Assembly: GCA_030167865.1 (NCBI GenBank)
Contig: JALAGF010001455.1
Span: forward strand, 62,001 to 108,493
Source of the DNA: Craspedostauros australis
Lineage: Eukaryota
Length of the DNA stretch: 46,493 nt
Reading direction: 5' to 3'
Below, one piece after another: positions 35,638-45,340 of the stretch (position 1 is the stretch's first letter; every line of letters begins with the position of its first letter). The notes beneath the pieces are model-generated. The model searched no databases, was not told where the DNA came from, and saw only the letters and a list, made by a program, of their open reading frames with translations. The position numbers were made by a program, and so were the translations under genes.

Positions 35638-36734
35638 ATGGTTGTAGACGAAGAGAGCGCACAGCATGCGGAAGACTTTCGGCGCAATATATCACTAGAT
35701 GACGTTCAGAAATTGCCTGAGCTATCGCCGCAAACACCATCAAATTCAATAGCAGCAATAACCGATTCCCCTCGAGGGACCAGCCTCAATGTCCGCCTTC
35801 CGCTCAAGATGGCCGACCTGCAGCAGAAAACCGAAAAGCCGAGGCTGATACACCCGTACGTTCTACGATCTGAGAAGCAAGCTGTGCAACCATCACATGG
35901 ATGGACGAATGCATGAACATCATGGATGCGTGTCTTTCATGTCACCAATCATCATGTCAAAGGCCGAGACTTTCAATCCTCGCGCAGTGTCTGCCACGCA
36001 AATGTGAAAGTCTTGTGTTGGTGCTGGAGCATGTACGCTGAATTGTAACGCGCTTGTGAAATTGTATGGTAGACTTCATTCGACACATCATCCATCTCAC
36101 AGACCCGCACCAACTACCTGTCCATTTATTCATTCATTCATTCATTCCAACTGGCTTGGTTCCCCCTCTCCTCATTGTGCTCATCACAATGGACGGCATC
36201 GACACGACTCGTACGTGTGACGATGCAATGTGACAACGCAGATTACTGAACAATATACCGATGCAGCTAAGATTTGGATTTAACGGGTTTGTGAACAACG
36301 TGCTCTTCATGGTGGCGTACAATACGGCCGTCCAGCACTTTGAGGACGTCGATTCCAGCACGGTGTACTCCGTGGTGTATCTCGCATTCATACCCATCAC
36401 GCACGCATTCATCTCGCTCTTCGTCTTCGGATGGCCGGAGCATTACTTCACGTCGTTGATGAGCAATTTTCCTATCGGGCTGACAGCGATCGCGCTTGGA
36501 GCTGCATTGACTGCCTACCTGGACAAAATCAACTTCAACCATCTCATCATCCAATGGATGAAGATGATGTGGATACAATTAGGGTACATCCCGGAGGCGA
36601 CAGTGCCGTTGGAAGAAGAGAAGGGAGAGTTCTATTCCTCCCTGCTGGTCCTCTTGGTGACGGGTATATGGACATTCGCGCTGTCGGTCTGCGTGAATGC
36701 ACCGACGGAACCGACTGAGAAGAAGGAACAGTAA
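35638..36734 (+). CDS. GtrA-like 4-TM membrane protein (2 exons, ~236 aa)
   Basis: Exons 35638-35855 and 36242-36734; the intron 35856-36241 (GTACGT...GCAG, phase 2) joins the 92-aa and 157-aa ORFs. LRFGFNGFVNNVLF...STVYSVVYLAFIPITHAFISLFVFG fits the GtrA pattern. Confidence 0.7.
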
Positions 36735-37389
36735 CATACCATACCATACTTATACCCTAGATCGAGTATGAAGCATGGTGCCAAGCGAATACGGATATGG
36801 CGCGCTACTGCTACCCATCCTCCTCCTTTTTCTGGCCATCATGTGTCGCGCTGTCTCATGCCAGAAATGATATCAGGGCAGCGGCAACGCTGTGGCAACG
36901 ACTCCGGAAGACTGGACGATGGAGCACCGCGACAGGTCAAAAGTGCTGAGTTGAGGTTGTGGCGAATTGGCCAGGGCTTCCGACCTACGGCGTAGGCACA
37001 AGCAACAGAAACATGAAACCGTGCGACGCTGATGGCCAATGCATAAAACGAAGAGATACACACGCGCGCGCGCACATCGTACTCGATGATGCACGCATAA
37101 TCGCTGATGGTAGAGTACTCCCTTTGATCTAATATGTGCAGCTATGTAAACCCGTGGAGTTTGCGATGAAGATGTGCCATGTCCGTTGTTGCTCGTGCTG
37201 CGACGCATGTGGAAGTACTCGCATTTCATCATGCTGTTTGAATCGGCAGCAGAGTATTTGGAGCCACTATTTCTGATTCGTGCGACTATCGAATCTTCAA
37301 GAGTTCGAACCCTTGATTCCAAGAAGTTATGCTTCTACCGGGTGATAATGATGATGCCTGGCGTTTGCCTGCTATCACTAAGTTCCACT

Positions 37390-38563
37390 CTACACAGCAG
37401 CCTCTTGCGGCAACGTCTCAACATCGACATCATCGGTAGATTCGTTGCCATGCCCGGTGCTGTTGTTCGCCCCCGCATTCTTGTAGTCGTCGTAGCAGCT
37501 TGCCACCAAGGCAACGCTGCAAAGGAACGACAGCCACGAGAAATAATACAGGTTGCCGATGGCCGTCCCCGGTCCCTTCGGCGATGTGATGAAGGCAACA
37601 CCGAAGGCATTCAAAAAGATGAGCAGAATCGCAAAGATGATCTCCAGCACGAATGGGGCCGTGGTGGTTGCCATCTTCATCCCGACAACGCCGAGAGAGA
37701 AGATTGTCGAGATCGCACCCACGGCGACACCGAACAGTGTCCGTCTGCAGAACAGGTCGCTTTCGGGATCTTCCCCGGAGCAATCCCTCTGCAGGATGTT
37801 GGCGGACGATCCCATGACAACCAAGGCGCACGCCAGCATGCCACCCCACATGGTGAGACGGGAAGAACGATTTTGGATTTCTCCGGCCAGATCGACACCG
37901 AAGACTGCGCGGAGGTAGCCAACGAGCAGGAGGATGACCGTGACAAATCCTGCCCAAGTGAAGTAGTAGAGGTTGGCGTTGACGATAGTCGTGTTATCGT
38001 CACCATCGTCGGTCACCAATCCGCCGTTGGCGTCGCTGACGACAGACACAGTGGCTGCCCAGAAAGTGGCCAGCATGAGGATGAGGGCACCCTCGAGCCT
38101 GGTGTCGATGATGAGGCTGGAGTAGACAGAGTGCAGGTGCAGTGCTGTGACGACGAGGGAGATGGCGAAGGAGATGGATGCGCATGCGATCGTCCACCTG
38201 GCGTTGCTATCATCGTTGCCCTCTTGATTTTTCTGAGCAGTTGGTTTGGTCGATGTTGTCGTCGTCGTTGTCGGCAGTGTTGATGGTGGCGTTGATGGTA
38301 GCGTTGATGGGATATCCGTTGGGAAGTGTACGAGTCAAGGAAGAGATATGCACACGATGGCATGTGTGAGCATGCGGAATTGGTGCATTCAGTGAATCAT
38401 GATCCCATGTCGACCGCCACAATCAGGAGGCCCAACTCACCGTCTCAACTGCTGACATGAGCGTGATGGTGGAGAAGACCAGGAATGCTCCCCAGAGGTT
38501 GAATCTGGCGGAACGGCCGCTCGTGGCGACCACTTCGCCCGTCTCTTGGTCGATAGACGTCAT
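37390..38563 (-). CDS. Multi-pass membrane protein with two internal repeats ending in NLYYF(T/S)W (2 exons, ~321 aa)
   Basis: Exons 38441-38563 and 37390-38232; the intron 38233-38440 is GTGAGT...CTCAG, phase 0. About 8 hydrophobic segments; NANLYYFTWAGF and GNLYYFSWLSF close the two halves. Confidence 0.8.
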
Positions 38564-40105
38564 TATTGGTATCTTCTTCGACTGTTTTGTGTGGTATCGA
38601 TATCTTTTGTATTCAACGATACTTCTCCTTGAGGCGAAGGTGAGATGTGGGATGCTCTCGGCAATCGTTTGATCAATCCTCGGTTTGCTTTGCTTTGGAG
38701 GTGAAGGAGGGAGGAGTGAGGATGTGACAACTTCTGCATCCACTCCTAATGAGTTGCTTCTGCTGCTGCTTTTGTCACGACTACTGTTGTTGCAACGGCT
38801 CCGACTTCTGGTATTCTGCTCTGCGGCAAATACGAAGGATGGATGGGGTCGTCCTTTGTGCACTTCCACAACATCAACCGTCACATGAAGTGTTATCGCG
38901 CACCCCATGGAGTGAGTGAGTGGGAAAAAAGGAATCGTCGCGCAACCTTCTCTGTTTGCGCCTGGTTGGGGTACGCGGTAAATAATATAATTAATCAGGA
39001 ATGATCTTGAAGAATCTACAGAGTCGACTAGGTGGACTACATTTCTGAAAACACCACCAACATCGTGTGCGCTCCTTTCACCCAACACCACAGCACACAA
39101 CAACTCCGCGCACCATGGTCTCCGATCACCACGATGCTCGTACAAGCACACTTCCCTCCACTCGTACGACTATTGGTACAAACACCTCCGAGATGATGAG
39201 CGCGGCCTTCGCTGCTTCAACTCCGCCAACTGAACAAGTCAGACACACGCGTTGCGCGGAGAAGTGCAGGTGATGGACGAGCGAGCTGAGGTCGGACCAT
39301 GCATCATGTGGAAGATGCGCACGATCTCTTGGCGTCGACTTCGGTTCCGCGTATCTTTCGACGGATGATGCCAATCCCCAAGTCATCAAGTCGCCAACCC
39401 AGCCAAGTGGTTGGACCGCATCAAGCCTCGCGCACTCCGCCGGCGACGAGCGATCGCATCAAGCATGGCCAAAGCGCAACTGGCGAGGCGAATGGTCCTT
39501 GCTTCGTTGCTTGGCTCATCTGCTGCCCCAACGGCTGGCCCGAACAACAGAGCAAGCGCTCGTGTATCACAAGACACCAATGGTGAAGGCGATGAATATG
39601 AGTGCGAATCCAGCAGAGGCTCCAAGGCGCTCATATTCCATACTCCTCGCCCACCGCCATTCACACTCACATTCACAACCATCTCGTCTCCCCGCTGCAT
39701 CAAAACGCCGCGCATCTGAACTTAACAATGATCGAGTGATTGTTTGATGTCGCGGCAGTTCCGCTTGCGGCACTCTCTTCGGCATGTGCAAACCAACATC
39801 GTCTTTCCACTCAACACGAGAGTCGGCGTTGAATTGACGCATGACTCGGCATGTGCGATGCGGCATTGGATTGATCACTTGTCATCTCCTTGCACCGTGA
39901 CCGCACCGCGACTACCCGTACAGGTCTCACGACATGCAAGTCTGAAGGGTCTCTTGATAGAGTAATATATTGTAGAGAATATCTAATTGATATCAAATTG
40001 CTCCGACTTCGTCATCTGCGCTACTCCACTGCATGATGCGTTCGCTCCTCAAGCGCCGTTGCTGGAGTGAATTGCTTCAGTGCTATCCACCTCAATAATT
40101 TCGGA

Positions 40106-42565
40106 TCAATTGGTTCTCATAGAGCTGGTTCTCATAGAGCGGACGAAGTCCACCAATGTTGCCCGATCCATGTATGAATCCTCTTGTGCCGTACCCTCGT
40201 CCTCATTTATGACCTTGTACAACTCCATCATGGACATGCCACTGTACTGATCATCAATACCATCACTCTCCATTCTCCCATTGCAAAACACCCGGGTCTC
40301 CGTCATCAGTTGGGGCTGTGGAATCAGCTTGCTGAAATCTGGATGAGTGAACATGTCTTTCTCACTTTCAGCTGCCATTCTCATTGCTGCATCCTTCAAC
40401 ACCACACAGTTGTGTTGATCAGCGAATAGCAGAGCGTCTATCATGGTGTCCTCTGTAAGATGCCTGCGGGTCAACTCTGTTTCAAGAACAAGCTTGAGTC
40501 GCCAGAAGCCGAACTCGTTGGCCACAAGGATCAGCTGTTGCAGATCGTCCTGTCCAGTGAGGGTGGGAGTTGGCTGGTTTTCGTCATCATTGTCAGTGTC
40601 GTCATGAGTGCTGTCATCAAAGGATATCTCGCCTGTGTAGATGCATTGGAGGACGTGTCGGACATGTTTTGGTTGAAGGTTGGGAAGAGGGATGGTTGTT
40701 TGGATGGGTTCAGTTCTTTCTTGAGCCCCATCGTGAGCGCATTGATGTTGGATTCCTTCGTCAATCAGTGTCTGAATGGATGGCACGGTGACCTTGAGGA
40801 CTCCGGAGTTTGCCTTGATTGCTTGTTGTTCGTCCCCATGTCCGCACAGGAAAGTAACGTCTGCGATGGTCTTGGCACGAATAGCGGCGCGACGATCTTG
40901 GTCGATGCTGATCTTGAGATGTTGTTTCAACTTCCGTTTCAGTTGTTTGTTCTCCTGCTCTTTCTGTTTCTTCTCTTGCCCCTCCTGTTCCAACTGCCAT
41001 TTCAGTTGTTCATTCTCTCCTTCACTTTTCGAGAGCATGCGCTGAATCTCTTCCTTCTGCTGTTTCAACTGCTGTTTCAGTTGTTCGTTCTCCTGCTCGT
41101 TCTCTTTCAACTGCTTCTGCAGTTGTGAGTTGCAGTGACTCAGATCATCGAGACGGTGTATCATCTTGATTTGAAGTTTCTCATCGATCATATTGAGGGG
41201 GGTTTTGTTGTCGTTGTTTTGGATGTCGATATCAGCATTGGATGATGCAACGAGGTACTCGACACACTCCAGGTGGCCGTAAATGCATGCGTAATGAAGG
41301 GGAGCGGAACCATCGTTGTCTTGGCAGTTGGTGTTTGCTTCACATGATTCGATGAGGTACTTCACACACTCCAGCTGGCCATTGCAGCATGCCTCATGAA
41401 GGGGAGTGGCTCCATCGTTGCTTTTGAAGTTGATGTTTGCCCCACATGATTCGATGAGGTACTTCACACACTCCAGGTCGCGCTTGAAGCATGCCTCGCG
41501 AGGGAGAGTAAAACCATTGTTGTCTTTGCAGTTGGTGTCGGCCCTGCATGATTCGATCAGGTACTTCACACACTCCAGGTCGCGTTTGAAGCATGCAGCA
41601 TGAACGGAATTGTCGCCATTGGTATCTTCGCAGTTGATGTTCGTCTCACGTGATTCGATGAGGCGCTTCACAAACTCAAGGTGGCCGTTGTGGCATACCG
41701 CATGAAGGGGAGTCTCACCTTCGTTGGTTTTGCAGTGGACGTCGGCCCCACATGATTCGATGAGGTACTTCACACACTCCAGCTGGCTGATGTAGCATGC
41801 CCAATGAAGGGGAGTGTCACCATCGTTGTTTTTGCAGTTGGTGTCGGCCTTACATGATGCGATGAGGTACTTCACACACTCCAGCCGGCTGTCGTGGCAT
41901 GCCAAATGAAGGGGAGTGTCACCATACTTGTTTTTGCAGTTGGCGTCGGCCCCGCGTGATTCGATCAGGTACTTCACACACTCCAGCCGGCTGTCGTCGC
42001 ATGCCTTATGAAGGGGAGTTTCACCTTCGTTGGTTTTGCAGTGGACGTCGGCCCCACATGATTCGGTGAAGTCCTTCACAATCTCTAGGTAGCCGTTGTG
42101 GCATGCGTAATGAAGGGGAGTTTCACCATCATTGTCTTTGCAGTTGGTGTCGGCCCTACATGATTCGATGAGGTACTTGGCACACTCCAGCTGGCAGGTC
42201 ATGCATGCGTCATGAAGGGGAGTTTCACCATCATTGTCTTTGCAGTTGGCGTCGGCCTTGCATGATTCGATGAGGTACTTGGCACACTCCAGGTGGCCGT
42301 TCATGCATGCCTTATGAAGGGGAGTGACACCGTTGTTGTTTTTGCAGTTGGCATCGGCCTGACACGATTCGATGAGGTACTTGGCACACTCCAGGTGGCC
42401 TTTGGAGCATGCATGATGAAGGGGAGTCCAACCATTGCTGTCTGTAACCTTGATGACATCAACTCCTTTGTTCTGCAACTTGTTCTGCTTCTTCCATTCA
42501 TTCAACACCGACAAGTCACCTCCCTCGGCAGCATCAAGGAGTTGTTCGTTCGAAACATTCGGCAT
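40106..42565 (-). CDS. Ankyrin-repeat / coiled-coil / BTB-POZ protein (819 aa)
   Basis: Twelve 34-aa ankyrin repeats (GxTPLHxAC...LECVKYLIES), a Q/E/K coiled coil, then a BTB domain (ADVTFLCG...IKANSGVL...VLQCIYTG...LILVANEFGFWRLKLVLE) and a BACK-like stretch (ALLFADQHNCVVLKDAAM). Intronless. Confidence 0.9.
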   Translation of the reverse strand: MPNVSNEQLLDAAEGGDLSVLNEWKKQNKLQNKGVDVIKVTDSNGWTPLHHACSKGHLECAKYLIESCQADANCKNNNGVTPLHKACMNGHLECAKYLIESCKADANCKDNDGETPLHDACMTCQLECAKYLIESCRADTNCKDNDGETPLHYACHNGYLEIVKDFTESCGADVHCKTNEGETPLHKACDDSRLECVKYLIESRGADANCKNKYGDTPLHLACHDSRLECVKYLIASCKADTNCKNNDGDTPLHWACYISQLECVKYLIESCGADVHCKTNEGETPLHAVCHNGHLEFVKRLIESRETNINCEDTNGDNSVHAACFKRDLECVKYLIESCRADTNCKDNNGFTLPREACFKRDLECVKYLIESCGANINFKSNDGATPLHEACCNGQLECVKYLIESCEANTNCQDNDGSAPLHYACIYGHLECVEYLVASSNADIDIQNNDNKTPLNMIDEKLQIKMIHRLDDLSHCNSQLQKQLKENEQENEQLKQQLKQQKEEIQRMLSKSEGENEQLKWQLEQEGQEKKQKEQENKQLKRKLKQHLKISIDQDRRAAIRAKTIADVTFLCGHGDEQQAIKANSGVLKVTVPSIQTLIDEGIQHQCAHDGAQERTEPIQTTIPLPNLQPKHVRHVLQCIYTGEISFDDSTHDDTDNDDENQPTPTLTGQDDLQQLILVANEFGFWRLKLVLETELTRRHLTEDTMIDALLFADQHNCVVLKDAAMRMAAESEKDMFTHPDFSKLIPQPQLMTETRVFCNGRMESDGIDDQYSGMSMMELYKVINEDEGTAQEDSYMDRATLVDFVRSMRTSSMRTN
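41213..42436 (-). repeat. Coding tandem array of 12 x 102-bp ankyrin units
   Basis: Near-identical DNA blocks such as GATTCGATGAGGTACTTCACACACTCCAG and ATGAAGGGGAG recur every 102 bp on the + strand. Confidence 0.9.
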
Positions 42566-42596
42566 TTGAGAGGATGGTCGATGGTTGCTGGCTGCT

Positions 42597-42655
42597 GGAC
42601 GATTGACGTTGGGCGATTGACATTGGACGATTGACGTTGGACGATTGACGTTGGA
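42597..42655. repeat. Four tandem copies of a 14-bp unit (GGACGATTGACGTT) immediately upstream of the ANK-BTB start
   Basis: Units at 42597, 42611 (two mismatches), 42625 and 42639, plus a partial GGA. Confidence 0.9.
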
Positions 42656-42660
42656 TTGGC

Positions 42661-42955
42661 TGTCAAGAAAGTGTGCAGTTCGAGCTGCCTATGGCAGAGA
42701 TATCGATGGTGGTGTCTTCAATAGCTTGTATTTGTATGAGTACCATGCACTGTGTTATGAGTATGAATGGCAATTCGATGTCTGATGTTGATGTGCTCGA
42801 GTACGGGGTTGAATGTGTGATGATCGGGAGACGATACGGATGTGTTGTGTGTGTGTGATGATGTGAGATTATTATGGATACTCTGATTGTCTCCGCAGAG
42901 GCTGTGAACATGGGATTTGCTGCTGCTCCGTCTGTCATCCGACCGTGTACCAACA
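42661..42955 (-). repeat. 3' LTR of the Copia element (~295 bp, TGTTG...TGACA)
   Basis: On the minus strand it begins TGTTGGTACACGGTCGG. The same 17-mer follows the PPT at 43008-43024 on the other side of the N gap. The likely end is TTGACA at 42661. No 5' LTR is available for comparison. Confidence 0.7.
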
Positions 42956-43007
42956 NNNNNNNNNNNNNNNNNNNNNNNNNNNNNNNNNNNNNNNNNNNNN
43001 NNNNNNN
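42956..43007. other. Assembly gap (52 N) flanked by a duplicated 17-mer
   Basis: CCGACCGTGTACCAACA occurs at 42939-42955 and again at 43008-43024. Confidence 0.95.
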
Positions 43008-43024
43008 CCGACCGTGTACCAACA

Positions 43025-43033
43025 CCCCCCCCC
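43025..43033 (-). other. Polypurine tract (G9) of the Copia element
   Basis: Nine C on the + strand, located downstream of the RNase H stop and directly abutting the LTR-initial TG. Confidence 0.8.
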
Positions 43034-43055
43034 ACGCTGACGCAGTCAGCGGAAG

Positions 43056-45293
43056 TTACAAATCCGGACGCCTGTAACTGTGCACATAGGACGGCACATT
43101 GCGACCCATAATGAGGTCGATGTGCCTGAAGAACAGTGTGACGGGCGTCTGTTTCGTGCAGATATCAGATGCGTTGAGCTCCGACGGCACGTCGGGATAC
43201 GCTAAGAGATCGCGCTCCACCCAGTCAAGGACTGCAAACTCGCGGACTGCGATATGTCGCGAGTTTCGGGTAGGCTGACTTGCTGTCGTCATCAGCCTTG
43301 CGCCGCGATTGTCCTCGAAGATGAGTGCGGCGAACTGTTGCTCCACGCCAATCTCGTGTAGAATCGACCGCAGCCATAGCGCCATTCGGCCGGCGTCACT
43401 GGCTGCAATGAATTCCGCGTCGGTGCTGCCCATGGACATTGCGGGCTAAACCCTGGTCTTCCAAGCGATGGCACCTCCACCAAACATCTTCACCATGCCA
43501 GTAACAGACCGGCGGTGGCGAATATCCACGCCCCAGTTGGCGTCGACAAAGCCATACAGTGTGGCAGGGCCAACAGGTCGTGTTTGGTTGGCACCATGCA
43601 CCTCGGCGTCAGGCGGTGAAAGTGGCCTTGGGGCTGGAACGTCAGGTAGACCTGCCAACGGTCGGATTCGCCAGTAGGTGATGCCGTAGTCGCGAGTGCC
43701 CGCCACGTACCGAATGAGATACGTCACACCTTCGAAGTGCACTGCCGCAGGATTGGTGGAGAACTGAGAGAGTTTGACCACTGGAAACGCAATGTCCGGT
43801 CGGCAAGAAATCATTGCCCAGATGAGCTCGCCAATGGCCCGTCGGTACTTGAACTTGAAGGTTGCAGCGATACTCTCGCGTTCTGCATCCGTGGCCGGTA
43901 CTTCGGTGTTGTCAAGTGACTTTACATACGTGTTCTCCGACCTCATAGGGAGCCGCTGAGCCGCCGTCATGCCCTGCCATTCGTAACGCTCGAGCATTTT
44001 GTCGATGTATGATGTGCAATGAACACGCACGTAACGTTGCGTTTGCGCAATGTCCAGATCGTTGTAGTGCACCATCAGACCCTGACGTGTGATCGGTTGG
44101 AAAAGCTGCTTGTCCAGCATGTCACAGAACGTATCGAAGACGTTCTTGTTGATCGCCGCCACAGCAAAGTCATCGACCTGTCGCAGCACAAACACCTTAG
44201 TACCACCAACGGACCCTGTGTAAAGGCATGGAGCATGGGTAGTCGGTAGGAACTGCAAATCCTTGAGAATGCCATTGATGTGTTTGCTCCACAGTCGTGG
44301 TGCCTCCGGATGGCCCTGCAAATTCTTGTTGACAGGTATGACGTGACCTCGTGGTATATTGGTGCCAAACTTGTGGCGATACCAGGACGAGTATTGACCA
44401 TCAACGTTCATGTAGTACCATTGCTTGCCTGCCGGCGCTTCCGCAAAAGCACTGGTGACACCGGATCCATACACCTTGAGCCCACGGACGGCAGCAACTG
44501 CCAAGAGGAGCTGAAACTCAGTCAGATCTGTTGTCGCCGCGTATGTATGCCCGAAGACTCTTGCATGCCCGCCTCGGGTCGAACCATCGCACACCGCTCG
44601 CACTTTCTTGCGACTGTTCTCTTGGGTCTTGAGGACGTATATCCACACCCAACTGAAAACTGCAGCATTTGAAGGGGGCACAATCGGCGCACCAAGCATT
44701 TGTTGAGCATCATATTGATCCAATTGTTTGAACTCCGCGGCCACGGCGCGGGGTGACGGTCCGCCAAAGAAAAATAGGCCGTTGCGAATGAGCAGTGGCA
44801 TGCGTAGGTCGCGCTGGGGCGAACAGAACACGATGAAGGCTGCACGAGACGTAGATTCGATGCCAAACCCGTCGAAACTGTTGTCGGTCTGCCGGATGAT
44901 GGCCTGCGGCGACACAAGAGTGTCAGCAAGCAGGGGGCAGAGGAGCATGCCAACACTGAGGTCGTCACCGTCGCCGCACTTGATGCATGCGTATCCCGCA
45001 CCGGGGCATGGCATGGCCGGCGACGAAGAGTCCGCAGCCGCAAGCATTGACGGAGCACCAAAAGGCACATACCGCTCCAGCAGCGCAGCATGCGGTGTGG
45101 CACACACGTTGGCTCCCAAGTCGCACTGTCCCTTGACGCGATCTCGCCAATCGGAACTAGCGCAACCCGCGAGTGCGTGTGCGCGGAGCTGGACCGTTGT
45201 GGACATGACGAACGGTTCCAGCTCGGTTGGACGATTGCGCCCACAGGCATTGTCGAGCGGAGATGCATCGCCAAGAGGCGTGCCTGCATGCAT
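43056..45293 (-). pseudogene. Disrupted Copia pol (protease-RT-RNase H; integrase absent; internal TAG)
   Basis: The ORF 43446-45293 ends WKTRV* and continues in the same frame as PAMSMGSTDAEFIAA (ORF 43056-43439). There are no HHCC or DDE integrase motifs between protease and RT. Confidence 0.85.
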
Positions 45294-45340
45294 CCCGCAA
45301 TCATGACCAAGGGCCTTGTACCGCTCACCAGGGAGTTGAT

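Noticed and set aside
37174-38283. 369-aa + strand ORF
   Set aside because: Antisense shadow of the spliced membrane-protein gene.
41213-42436. CRISPR-like pattern of conserved repeats alternating with variable segments
   Set aside because: The period is exactly 102 bp, the array is in frame and encodes ankyrin repeats, the context is eukaryotic and there are no cas genes.
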